The position numbers and the translations under genes were made by a program. A DNA stretch of 64,000 nucleotides from Candidatus Latescibacterota bacterium. GTDB lineage: Bacteria; Latescibacterota; UBA2968; UBA8231. The DNA is taken from the NCBI GenBank assembly GCA_965243025.1, contig CBDETY010000003.1, positions 6,592,001 through 6,656,000 of the forward strand, read 5' to 3'. Under the pieces are notes generated by a model that saw only the letters and a program-made list of their open reading frames with translations, had not been told where the DNA came from and searched no databases. Below, piece after piece: positions 9,554 to 18,667 of this stretch (positions are counted from its first letter, which is position 1; every line of letters begins with the position of its first letter).

Positions 9554-10947
9554 CGCGAGAACACCGCCATCTGGGTGGGCGGGCCGAGCTCGGGGTCCTC
9601 CTCGCCGACCGGCAGGAAGCGGACCGTGTACCCGAAGCGGCCGGCCGCGGCCTGCGCCCAGTCCCGGAACTGCTCCCGCGTCCACTCGAAGCGGTGGTCG
9701 CGGTGGCGGAAGCGGCCGGCGGGAAGGAACTCGAAGCGGCTGTTGTACTCGGCGTTCGGGGTGGTCGCGATCACCGTGGCAGGCTGCGCGAACTCGAAGA
9801 GGACGCGCTCGAACGCCGGCAGCCGCTGCGGATCGATATGCTCGATCACCTCGACGGCGCAGGCGGCGTCGTACCCGGAGAGGCGCTCGTCCCGGTAGGT
9901 GAGGGAGCCCTGGAACAGCTCGAGGCGCTGCCGCTGCGTCGCCGGCAGGCGCTCGAGGCCGAGGCGCTCCCCGGCGATCCGGAGGGCGCGGGAGGAGACG
10001 TCCATGCCGGCGATGCGGGGGCAATCCCCGTCGAGCAGGGCCTTGAGGAGCTTGCCCTCGCCGCAGCCGAGATCGATGACGCTGCGCGCCCCCGCTTCCC
10101 CGAGCGCCATTCTTACCGCGGCGGTACGCCGGTCGTTCAGGCTGAGGGGGCGCTCGAGGCTATCCTCCTCCTGCTCATGCTCCGGTTCGGCCTCGACACC
10201 CGGGTCTTCCTCGGCGACGAGCCGGGCCAGGGCCTCGCGCGCCAGGCGGCGCTGGTGCTTGAGGTAGCGGCGGGCGATCACCTCCCGCTCCGGGTGCGAG
10301 GGGAGCCAGCCTTCCCCGCGGGCGAGCAGCTTGTCCAGCTCCTCCTGGCCGACCCAGTAATGCTTGTCGTCGTCGAGCACCGGAAGCAGGACGTAGAGGT
10401 GGGAGAGCAGGTCGCGGAGCCGGCAGGTCCCGGCCAGGTGCACCCGGTAGTAGGGGCTCTCTCCCCATTCGGGGAAGTGCCCGTCGAGGGGCAGGGGACG
10501 GGCCTCGACCGAGTAACCCAGCGGCTCGAAGAGGCGGCGCAGGAACGGCTCTCCCCCGCGGCAGGGGAGCACGGCGACCTCGGCCTCGAGGGGGAGCGGC
10601 GTCGCCGCGAGCCCGGGCCGGTCCTTGCTGCTCCCCTTGAGGGCCGAGCCGAAGACGCGGGCGATGGCGACGCTGAGGAAGGAGGAGGCGACGTAGGGGC
10701 GGTCGTTGACGTACTGCTTCAGGGCCCCGCCGTCGCCGGGGTTGGCGCCCCGGGGGCCGCGCACCAGGCCGACCGGATCGAGGTCGAGGAGCAGCGCCGC
10801 CTGGCAGCGGTCCTCGCGGGCCACCGGGTAGAAGACGTGCGCCTGTCCGAAAGGCAGGGGGAAGGACTGGCAGCGGGCGGGGTTTTTGACCAGCAGGTAC
10901 CCGAGGTCGGTCGCCGGCCTTGCAGTGGTGGCGATGGTCAGCAGCAT
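9550..10947 (-). CDS. hen1: 3'-terminal RNA ribose 2'-O-methyltransferase Hen1
   Basis: Hen1_L N-terminus (ATDLGYLL.K.P, YVNDRPY, DDDKHYW). Methyltransferase motifs DLGCGEG, EVIEH, TTPN.EYN and RH.DHRFEWTR. Confidence 0.96.
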   Translation of the reverse strand: MLLTIATTARPATDLGYLLVKNPARCQSFPLPFGQAHVFYPVAREDRCQAALLLDLDPVGLVRGPRGANPGDGGALKQYVNDRPYVASSFLSVAIARVFGSALKGSSKDRPGLAATPLPLEAEVAVLPCRGGEPFLRRLFEPLGYSVEARPLPLDGHFPEWGESPYYRVHLAGTCRLRDLLSHLYVLLPVLDDDKHYWVGQEELDKLLARGEGWLPSHPEREVIARRYLKHQRRLAREALARLVAEEDPGVEAEPEHEQEEDSLERPLSLNDRRTAAVRMALGEAGARSVIDLGCGEGKLLKALLDGDCPRIAGMDVSSRALRIAGERLGLERLPATQRQRLELFQGSLTYRDERLSGYDAACAVEVIEHIDPQRLPAFERVLFEFAQPATVIATTPNAEYNSRFEFLPAGRFRHRDHRFEWTREQFRDWAQAAAGRFGYTVRFLPVGEEDPELGPPTQMAVFSR

Positions 10948-11392
10948 CGGTCAGGCCGGAGACGTCGGCTATCCGGAAGCTGTCCGCCGGTTGCAGGTCG
11001 TCGAAGCGCGATTCGGGGATGCGACAAATTCATGATTCCAAAACCGGGAATGCCGCCGAATGTCCCGCGGGAGAGTCAGGTGAAGAGGGGAAATGCACCT
11101 TTTCGAGTTTCACGGTTTCTCCGCACAGGTGCAACGCGTCCGCCGGTACGGTTCGTCCCCGAATCGTACCGCTGGCCGGTAGCCAAGCCGGGAGCTCTTC
11201 AGGCCCGGGGCCCGCCGGCCGCGAGGGGAAGCCAGCCGACGACCCGTATCCGCACATACCAGAGGCGGTCGACCTGAGCAAAGAGGAGGAGGGACCGCGA
11301 AAAGGGATGTGGAGCGTCGTCCGGCCGCAGCTCCTCTCAATCCTCCTGCGCCGGGAAAACTGAAGCCAGGGCTTCTCGCCGCCTCCCCCGAA

Positions 11393-14300
11393 TCAGTGAA
11401 ACAGCAGCTCCGCGGGAATCGGCTGCCGCTCGATTCCGGGGCCGGCGATCTCGAGTTTCGGGACCTCCCCGGTCCAGTAGCGCTCGATCAGCCCGGGAAC
11501 GTTCACGCCGTCGTACCTGAACTGCATGTATTCGAGGTACCCCCCGGGGCGGATGTCGGCGAAATAGATCTCGATCGGGTGGTACCCCTCCTTCAGGTGG
11601 ATCGACCAGTTTCCGAGGGCGTGCCGCCGCGTGCCCGGATACCAATGCTGCAGGGGGGACCCGGGCCCGGCCTCCGCCTTTGAACCGTTCACCCACCGGT
11701 TCTCGTACCCGAGGCGGACGTCGAGATCGTACCCGGCCAGGGGGGCGTAGCGGATGAACTCTTCCGGGGGGAACAGGGTGTAGATCCCCTCCTCGGGGGC
11801 CCTGAGGAACCCCTCGTAGCGGAAGGCGAAGGCCTGCTTCTCCCGCCCCGAGCGCGGGCCGGTGTCGAAGGCGGAAGCGACCGTCCCGGTTCTTTCCGCC
11901 CGGGTCAGCGGAGCGCCGAACAGCAGCTTCGGCCACTGGTCTTCGTAGTACCTGTACCTGAGGCCGGGCTCGAGGCTTTCCGCCAGTGAATCCGGCAGGG
12001 GCTCTTGCGGCGGCTCCCGGACGTAAACGGCCCGGTAGACGCGGCTCATCAACGTGTTTCCCGCCCGGTTCGCCGGCATCTCCGTAACCCAGTTCCTGAA
12101 GGCGCGCGCCTTCAGGGTCACCGGTTCCGAAAAGGTGAGCCCTCCCCTGTACAGGTCGGACTCGAGGGTGGGGTCGCTGCCGTCGGTGGTGTAGCGGATG
12201 TCGACGTCCCGGTCCGGGGAGGCGACGGTCACGGTCACTTCCCCGGCGAAGGCGGATATGTCCGGGCTGATCGCCAGCTCGCCGATGGCGCGCAGGATGG
12301 GGAAGCGCTCCTCGGCATGCCCGTCCCGCGCGAACTCGTAGCTCTCCCTTTCTCCCAGCACCAGGCCGCGTTGGGTTTCCTCCCCCGCCTTGCGCACGGT
12401 CAGGCTCGACTCGAGGCCGTCGGCGGCGAAATCGATGCGGTCGCCGTTCTCGAAGAACACGGAAACTCCCCTGCCGCCCCGGCTGCGCTCGACCCGCAGC
12501 TCCTTTTCCGACTGCCCCCGCGGCCGCGGGTGGATGACGGTGATGAGCTGGCTTCTGCCGGGGCCGCTTTGCCAGTCGGCGGCCAGGTGCAGGAACTCCT
12601 TTCCCTGCCGCCTGTCGGCGCGGTACCCCTCGTACCACTCCTCCTGCAGGATGTAGGTCTTCACCGGGTTGTAGCTGAGGGTCTGCCTCTCCCCCGTCTC
12701 CAGGAGCACGGGGCCGGCGTGATACATCGACAGGTTCGCTTTCTCCGCGGCGTGCGAGTAGAACATGCCTCTACCGGGATCGGCCGAGACCCACCCTTCC
12801 TCGTACCCCTCGGGGAGGATCTCCGTCAGCTTCGGCATCCACCACTGCTGCCGGTAGCGGCGCGCCCGGTCCGCCTCCATGACGTCGAGGACGAACCAGA
12901 CTCCCTGCTCCTTGGCGAACTTGACGATGCGGTGGTGGGAGATCTCCCCTTCGAGGGCGTTGGCGAGGATCTCGAGGTTGACGTCGAAGTGGTAGAGCAT
13001 CGGCTCGTGGTCGGGAGAGTCGCTGTAGATCCCGTCGTACCTGCCCTCGGCGAGGTCGAAGGAGGCGCTGTGGTGGGTGCGCCAGGGAGACAGCGGCGCC
13101 AGCCCCGGCTGGTGCTCCCCCTTGCGCCCGTGCCCGGTGATGCCGGCGCGGGCGAACTGGTCCTGGCCGTCGACCTGAATGGGGCTGCGCACGTAGTGGT
13201 AGGCGTAGGGAATGCCCTGGACGAGCAGCGTCTGGTCGAAGGCGCTCAGGGTGAGGGAGTTGCAGTTCTTTGCCCGCAGGAACAGGCCGCCCTCGAGGCC
13301 GCGGCCGCTCGAGTGCAGGAACAGGCCGGCCTGGTCCCGCCGCGCGTCCCACCCGGAGCGCATGATGCTGATGTGGTTGTAGGGGAAGCTGATCGAGGTG
13401 TAGGGGGGAGGCCCGGCGGCGAGCAGGCCCCCTTTCAGCAGCGGATTCTCCTCATCGGTCCAGGCGGTTCCCCGCCAGTCGGGAGCGGTCTGGTTTCTCA
13501 GGATGGTCGCGGCGATCGCCTGCAGGGAGGGGTCCATCAGGGCCCGCGGCTGGAAGCGGGCGACGAGGTTCACCCTGGCGCTGAAGTCGGCGTTGCGGCG
13601 GTCGGTCGATACGCCGTTGAGCACCTCGCCGCCCGCCTCGAAGAGGTTGAGGTACCAGAACACCCGTTCGGCGAGGCGGTCCCCGTACTCCAGCTCCAGG
13701 CCCGGGGTGAGCCACCCGGGGTCGGCGTCCCTGATCCTTTCGAGGTAGATGGAGTTCTCTGTGAGCTCGTGGCGGCTGTACCCGGCCATGCGCGAGTACA
13801 TGGAGCCGTCCGGCAGGTCGACGAGGGCGTTGTAGATCTCGAACTGCCGGCGCGACTCGTTCTCGAGCAGCCGGGAGATCCGGAAGTCGTGGAGGAAGGC
13901 GCCGAGGAACTGCTGCACGTGGACGGCGCCGCAGGAGTGGTTGCCGCTCTGCTCGCGGTTGTAGTAGAGCGACTGCGGCAGCAGCACCGTCAGCTGCCGG
14001 ACCAGGATGCGCGCCAGTGTGGTCGAGGGGAAACCCTCCCCTCCGGGAGGCAGCACCCGTGCGATCTCCGAGAGGGCGTGGATGAAGTGCTCGACGTTGT
14101 AGTGCCCCTGCTTGCCGTAGTCGAGGTTGAGGGGGTTGAGGTTCTCCTGGACCCGGCAGTTCATAGTGTAGTCGTCGTAATACTCGAGGTACTTGTCGAG
14201 GTACCTGCGGTCCCAGGTGTCGACGAACTTCCACCAGAGGGCGCGGAAGTTGTGCTCTGAGGCGAAGTACTCGAACACCAGCGGGGTGTACCAGGGGTTC

Positions 14301-14875
14301 TGCAGACCTTCGGGCTGCCAGTCCCAGCGCAGGGCTCCCATCTCCCCGAGGTGCACGGTCTCCTTGGTGGTGCGCGCCTGGTAGGTGTTCTCCATCAGCA
14401 GGGCGGCGTTGTCCTCGTAGTTCCGGGTCGCCCAGTCGCGGGCGAAGCGCCTTTCGAAATCCCTCGACACCAGGCCCTTCTCGTCGTTCCACAGCAGCAG
14501 CACCTTGGCGAAGAAGTAGGCGCGGAAGGCGTCGAGGGCTTCCTGGTACTTCCCCTGGTCGTAGAGCTCGATCACCGCGGCCTTGCGCGCGTCGAGTCGC
14601 CGCGTGACCGGCAGGGGGCTGCTGCGTTGCTGCTCGCGGTCCCAGAGGGCGAACAGCTGGCGGGCGAGCCGCTCGGCCTGTTCCGGGGAGTGGCGGTCGG
14701 CGAACGCCTCCCGGCGCGCCCCGGCGTCCGCGGGGGGCGGCAGCCGGATCACCGGGGCGTCGAGGTGAACGGTCATCATCTCGAGATAGGTGTTGCCGCG
14801 GGCTTCCCGCGGGAACGCCGCGATGGCGGCGAGCGCGGCAGCGATCAGAAGGCGGCGGCGGAAGAGCGGCGGCAT
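11393..14875 (-). CDS. Large exported protein: heparinase II/III-like (polysaccharide lyase-like) core plus CHB_HEX_C/FN3-associated and PA14-like domains
   Basis: Signal peptide; SGNH, LPDGS and MRSGW motifs; IRYTTDGSDPT..S..Y; PGLRYRYYE...F.YEGFL.APEEG.Y. Confidence 0.65.
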   Translation of the reverse strand: MPPLFRRRLLIAAALAAIAAFPREARGNTYLEMMTVHLDAPVIRLPPPADAGARREAFADRHSPEQAERLARQLFALWDREQQRSSPLPVTRRLDARKAAVIELYDQGKYQEALDAFRAYFFAKVLLLWNDEKGLVSRDFERRFARDWATRNYEDNAALLMENTYQARTTKETVHLGEMGALRWDWQPEGLQNPWYTPLVFEYFASEHNFRALWWKFVDTWDRRYLDKYLEYYDDYTMNCRVQENLNPLNLDYGKQGHYNVEHFIHALSEIARVLPPGGEGFPSTTLARILVRQLTVLLPQSLYYNREQSGNHSCGAVHVQQFLGAFLHDFRISRLLENESRRQFEIYNALVDLPDGSMYSRMAGYSRHELTENSIYLERIRDADPGWLTPGLELEYGDRLAERVFWYLNLFEAGGEVLNGVSTDRRNADFSARVNLVARFQPRALMDPSLQAIAATILRNQTAPDWRGTAWTDEENPLLKGGLLAAGPPPYTSISFPYNHISIMRSGWDARRDQAGLFLHSSGRGLEGGLFLRAKNCNSLTLSAFDQTLLVQGIPYAYHYVRSPIQVDGQDQFARAGITGHGRKGEHQPGLAPLSPWRTHHSASFDLAEGRYDGIYSDSPDHEPMLYHFDVNLEILANALEGEISHHRIVKFAKEQGVWFVLDVMEADRARRYRQQWWMPKLTEILPEGYEEGWVSADPGRGMFYSHAAEKANLSMYHAGPVLLETGERQTLSYNPVKTYILQEEWYEGYRADRRQGKEFLHLAADWQSGPGRSQLITVIHPRPRGQSEKELRVERSRGGRGVSVFFENGDRIDFAADGLESSLTVRKAGEETQRGLVLGERESYEFARDGHAEERFPILRAIGELAISPDISAFAGEVTVTVASPDRDVDIRYTTDGSDPTLESDLYRGGLTFSEPVTLKARAFRNWVTEMPANRAGNTLMSRVYRAVYVREPPQEPLPDSLAESLEPGLRYRYYEDQWPKLLFGAPLTRAERTGTVASAFDTGPRSGREKQAFAFRYEGFLRAPEEGIYTLFPPEEFIRYAPLAGYDLDVRLGYENRWVNGSKAEAGPGSPLQHWYPGTRRHALGNWSIHLKEGYHPIEIYFADIRPGGYLEYMQFRYDGVNVPGLIERYWTGEVPKLEIAGPGIERQPIPAELLFH

Positions 14876-15217
14876 GGTTGCGATTCCTGGGAAGTCGGGA
14901 GGATGTGCAGGGCCGACGGCAATATCGAGGACGGCGTTGGCGATCTAAGTGACCCGCGCCAAGGTACTGCAGAAAGAACCGGCCTTCGAGGCGGCAGCCG
15001 GCATTCAGCGGCGGGTGTGCGAGACCCATGCTCCGTTCGTTCGGAAGATTCCCGCCAACGAGGCAATGTCCGCATCGCGCCTTCGGATGGGCGGCCCGCC
15101 GTTCTTTTCGTTTCGGATAACTCCGGCCTTCGGGGCCATCCCCCGAGGCAGGTTGCGTACCGGGCCCGGTGCCCGATATTTCACCCTTCTGTCACACGCC
15201 GCACCACCCCCCCTTCC

Positions 15218-16648
15218 ATGGCCGTCACTTCGACCGGATCATCTCCCAAGGCGATCTGCCTGCGCATCAACGAAAGCTCTCCCCGCGGAGGGCTTTTCGA
15301 GGGCGACAGGTCGAAGCTGCATCCCGACAGCAGGCTGCCGTGGCGCATCTCGCCGGAGCCGTTCTGGCTCACCGGGGGCCAGCTCGAGTTCCTCGAGTCG
15401 CTCGGCCCCCTGCTCCTGAAGTTCCAGAAAGCCTGCAACCTGCTGTATCACCAGAGCGTCAGGGGTTTGCAGCCGTCCTGGCTGCACCGTTACCTCGACC
15501 GCGGCAAGCCGGAGCGGGTCGTCGACTTCGGCCGCATGAACCGCTCCCGCACGCAGCTGCCGGTCGTAATGCGCCCGGATCTCGTCCTCACCGCGGACGG
15601 GGTGCGCATAACCGAGCTCGACTCCGTCCCCGGCGGCATCGGCTTCACCGGGCAGATCCACGCCCTCTACTCCGAGGCGGGGTACGATCTCATAGGAGGC
15701 GCCGGCGGCCTGATCGAGGGGTTCCACGAGGCGGTCGCGGCGGCGTCGGAACGGGAGGATCCCGTTATCGCGATCGTCGTGTCGGACGAGTCGGAGGAGT
15801 ACCGCGAGGAGATGTGCTTCCTCGCCGAGTCGCTGGAGCGCTCCGGCAGGCCGGTATACTGCTGCCATCCGCGGGAGCTTTCCGTCGACGACGAGGGGCT
15901 GCTGCTGCCGCGAGCGGGCGGCGGCCTCCGCGTCGATGTCGTCTACCGGTTCTTCGAGCTGTTCGACCTTCCCAACATTCCCAGGGCGGAGCTGATCACC
16001 TACCACGGCAAGAGGAACGCCGTGCGCATCACCCCGCCTCTGAAGGCCTTCCTCGAGGAGAAGATGTGGTTGGCCTTCCTGCACTATCCCGGGCTCGAGG
16101 GGTTCTGGTCCCGCGAGCTCGGCGGCGACCACGACACCCTGCGGGAGCTGGTTCCCCGCACCTGGATCCTCGATCCGGCGCCGGTTCCGCCGCACGCCTC
16201 GGTCTCCGGCCTGCAGGTCGGGGGGCGCCGGGTCGGAAGCTGGGAAGAGCTGAAGACGCTGACCAAGAAGGAGCGCGAGCTGGTCGTCAAACCGTCCGGC
16301 TTTTCCCTCGACGCCTACGGCAGCCGCGGCGTTTCCATCGGCCACGACCTGCCCGAAGAGGAGTGGTCGGCGGCGGTGGCCGCGGCGCTCGGGCGCTTCG
16401 ACACGAGCCCGTGCATCCTGCAGGAGTTCCACAAGGGGGCGCGGCTCGAGGCGAGCTACTACGACTTCTTCAGCGGCGACATCCGCCGCATGCACGGCCG
16501 CGTGCTGCTGCGCCCCTACTACTACGTCACCGGCGGGGAAGAGACGAAGCTGGCCGGCATCCAGGCCCTGGTCTGCCCGGCCGACAAGAAGGTCCTGCAC
16601 GGCATGGTCGACGCGGTGCTGGTGCCGTGCGCGGTGCGCGAGGGCTAA
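15218..16648 (+). CDS. Circularly permuted ATP-grasp / glutathionylspermidine-synthase-like amide ligase
   Basis: RPDL...ITELD..PGG, DVVYRFFE, EEK, VVKPSG..GSRGV.IG and ILQEF motifs. Confidence 0.7.
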   Translation: MAVTSTGSSPKAICLRINESSPRGGLFEGDRSKLHPDSRLPWRISPEPFWLTGGQLEFLESLGPLLLKFQKACNLLYHQSVRGLQPSWLHRYLDRGKPERVVDFGRMNRSRTQLPVVMRPDLVLTADGVRITELDSVPGGIGFTGQIHALYSEAGYDLIGGAGGLIEGFHEAVAAASEREDPVIAIVVSDESEEYREEMCFLAESLERSGRPVYCCHPRELSVDDEGLLLPRAGGGLRVDVVYRFFELFDLPNIPRAELITYHGKRNAVRITPPLKAFLEEKMWLAFLHYPGLEGFWSRELGGDHDTLRELVPRTWILDPAPVPPHASVSGLQVGGRRVGSWEELKTLTKKERELVVKPSGFSLDAYGSRGVSIGHDLPEEEWSAAVAAALGRFDTSPCILQEFHKGARLEASYYDFFSGDIRRMHGRVLLRPYYYVTGGEETKLAGIQALVCPADKKVLHGMVDAVLVPCAVREG

Positions 16649-16762
16649 GCGATGGAAAGGGGCGGTCCTGCCGCGTCATCGCTGGCCGCGTTGCCCCGCT
16701 TGCCGCGCAATGCGACTTTTCCCGCAGCGCGCAGCGGCCGCTGACGATCCGATGAATTCGTC

Positions 16763-17830
16763 ATGATCGAAATAGAAAACCCCCGCACCATCGAGCAGAA
16801 GCAGGAAGCTCTGGAGGCGGTCCTGCGCCCCTACGGGCGCGTGCTGGTCGGCTATTCCGGCGGCGTTGACAGCGCCGTTCTCGCGGTCGCCGCTCACCGC
16901 GTCCTGGGGTCCAACGCCATCGCGGTAACCGCCGACTCGGAGAGCTACGCCAGCGGAGAGCTAGAAGCGGCCAGCGAGCTGATGCGCGGCTTCGGCATCC
17001 GCCACGAGGTGGTGCGCACCGCCGAACTGCAGAATCCCGACTACGCCAGCAACCCGGTCAACCGCTGTTACTTCTGCAAGCAGGAGCTCTTCACCCACAT
17101 GCAGCGCATGGCCGCCGAGCTCGAGGCCGACGCCATTCTCTACGGGCAGAACCGCGACGACGCCGGCGACTTCCGCCCCGGCGCCCAGGCGGCGCGGGAG
17201 TACGGGGTGCGGGCCCCGCTGCAGGAGGCGGGCCTCGGCAAGCAGGACGTCCGCGACCTCGCCAGGGAATGGGGGCTGCCGGTCTGGAACCGGCCGGCCA
17301 TGGCCTGCCTTTCCTCCCGCTTTCCCTACGGCACCCCGGTTACCGCCGAGGGCCTGCGCATGGTCGACCGCGCCGAGGCCTTTCTGCGCGGGCTCGGTTT
17401 CGAGCAGTTGCGGGTGCGCCACCACACCGACGCCGCCCGCATCGAGCTGCCCGCGGCCGACCTCGACCGGCTGCTCGCCGACGCGGGGCTGCGCCGCAGG
17501 ATTCATGGCGCCCTCACCGAAATCGGGTACCGGTTCGCCGCCGCCGACCTGCGCGGCTTCCGTTCCGGCAGCCTCAACGAGGTGTTGAAGAAGAAGGGGA
17601 GCGCCGCCGCCGCCCCGAACGGGGCCCTGGCCGAAGCGGCGCGGACGGCCCTGACGCAGGCCGGTATCGGGGCGGGGCAGGTGGAAGAGCACCGGGAGGT
17701 CACCCTGGTGCGCGTGAGCGCCTCCGGGGCCGGCCGCTTCGCCGCGGAAGAAACGCGCGCCGCCCTTGTCGAGCCGCTCGAGGCAGCCGGGGCCCGCTAC
17801 GTCTCCGTCGACCTCGATTCCCACCCATAG
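16763..17830 (+). CDS. larE: LarE-like ATP-dependent sulfur transferase (PP-loop) with an extra C-terminal domain
   Basis: SGGVDS, NP.NRCYFCK, DFRPG, CLSSRFPYG, LRVRHH and GFRSGSLN motifs. Confidence 0.88.
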   Translation: MIEIENPRTIEQKQEALEAVLRPYGRVLVGYSGGVDSAVLAVAAHRVLGSNAIAVTADSESYASGELEAASELMRGFGIRHEVVRTAELQNPDYASNPVNRCYFCKQELFTHMQRMAAELEADAILYGQNRDDAGDFRPGAQAAREYGVRAPLQEAGLGKQDVRDLAREWGLPVWNRPAMACLSSRFPYGTPVTAEGLRMVDRAEAFLRGLGFEQLRVRHHTDAARIELPAADLDRLLADAGLRRRIHGALTEIGYRFAAADLRGFRSGSLNEVLKKKGSAAAAPNGALAEAARTALTQAGIGAGQVEEHREVTLVRVSASGAGRFAAEETRAALVEPLEAAGARYVSVDLDSHP

Positions 17831-17921
17831 TGTCCTGTCCCGTCGATATCCTGCCGTTCTTCTGCAGATTCGTCCCGGCTCGCGGCCGATTATTTCAATC
17901 TGGGTCCGGGACAGGACACTC

Positions 17922-18458
17922 GTGAACCGCGAGATCGTCAAGTACGGCGCCAAGGTCCTGCGCCGCGTCGCCGCCCCGGTAGCCGCGGTCGACAGCGAGG
18001 TCGCCGGCCTTGTCGAGGACCTGTTCGACTCGCTTGCCGAAGCGGAAGGGGTCGGGCTCGCGGCCCCGCAGATCGGGGTGTCGAGGCGGGTGATCGTCGT
18101 CGACGTCTCCGCGGTGGAGGCGGACAAGCCCCCCCTGGCCCTGATCAACCCCGCTGTCGTCAAGGCATCCGGCGAGGCGGTCGCCGAGGAGGGGTGCCTG
18201 AGCATACCCGAGCTCTACGGCGACGTTTCACGTTACACCGGGATCGAGGTCGACAGCACCGACGTGTACGGCGAGCCCTACCGGTTCGAGGCGGAAGGGT
18301 TCTACGCCCGCGTGCTGCAACACGAGATAGACCACCTCGACGGCAGGCTGTTCATCGACTACCTGCCGGCGCTCAAGCGCAACCTGATGCGCGGGGCCCT
18401 GAAGCGGATCAGGAAGGAGGGGGAGGCGTGGGACAGGGAGCACGCGGGAGGGGGTTGA
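17922..18458 (+). CDS. def: Peptide deformylase
   Basis: GVGLAAPQIG, EGCLS and QHEIDHLDG motifs. GTG start at 17922. Confidence 0.96.
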   Translation: MNREIVKYGAKVLRRVAAPVAAVDSEVAGLVEDLFDSLAEAEGVGLAAPQIGVSRRVIVVDVSAVEADKPPLALINPAVVKASGEAVAEEGCLSIPELYGDVSRYTGIEVDSTDVYGEPYRFEAEGFYARVLQHEIDHLDGRLFIDYLPALKRNLMRGALKRIRKEGEAWDREHAGGG

Positions 18459-18464
18459 GGGAGA

Positions 18465-18493
18465 TTGACAACCTCCGACCCCTCCCGTAGGTT
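18465..18493 (+). promoter_or_regulatory. Sigma70 promoter of tRNA-Asp
   Basis: TTGACA-17 nt-TAGGTT ends about 20 nt upstream of the tRNA. Confidence 0.6.
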
Positions 18494-18514
18494 TCGGAGG
18501 TCGCGCAAGACAAC

Positions 18515-18593
18515 GGGATCGTAGTTCAGTTTGGTTCAGAACGCCGGCCTGTCACGCCGGAGGTCGCGGGTTCGAGTCCCGTCGGTCCCGCCA
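18515..18593 (+). tRNA. tRNA-Asp(GTC)
   Basis: Cloverleaf with acceptor stem GGGATCG/CGGTCCC, anticodon arm CCGGC-CTGTCAC-GCCGG, T-loop TTCGAGT and encoded CCA. Confidence 0.97.
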
Positions 18594-18600
18594 GTTTTCG

Positions 18601-18632
18601 AGGAGGCCCTTTCGAGGGCCTCCTTTCTTTTT
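18601..18632 (+). terminator. Rho-independent terminator after tRNA-Asp
   Basis: AGGAGGCCCT-TTCG-AGGGCCTCCT followed by a T-rich tract. Confidence 0.85.
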
Positions 18633-18667
18633 GTACCCGACCAACCCACGCGCCGGGCCCACAAGAG

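Noticed and set aside
6914-9898. 994-aa plus-strand ORF and overlapping 733-aa minus-strand ORF
   Set aside because: These are antisense or alternate-frame shadows of pnkp, common in high-GC DNA, and carry no recognisable motifs.
9554-10024. N-terminal extension of the Pnkp ORF to 1005 aa
   Set aside because: It overlaps hen1 out of frame and is Arg/Pro-rich. The ATG at 9553 (ATGA coupling) is the likely start.
11144-11171. 12-bp hairpin in the intergenic region upstream of hen1
   Set aside because: It has no U-tract and no recognisable riboswitch consensus, so no function can be assigned.
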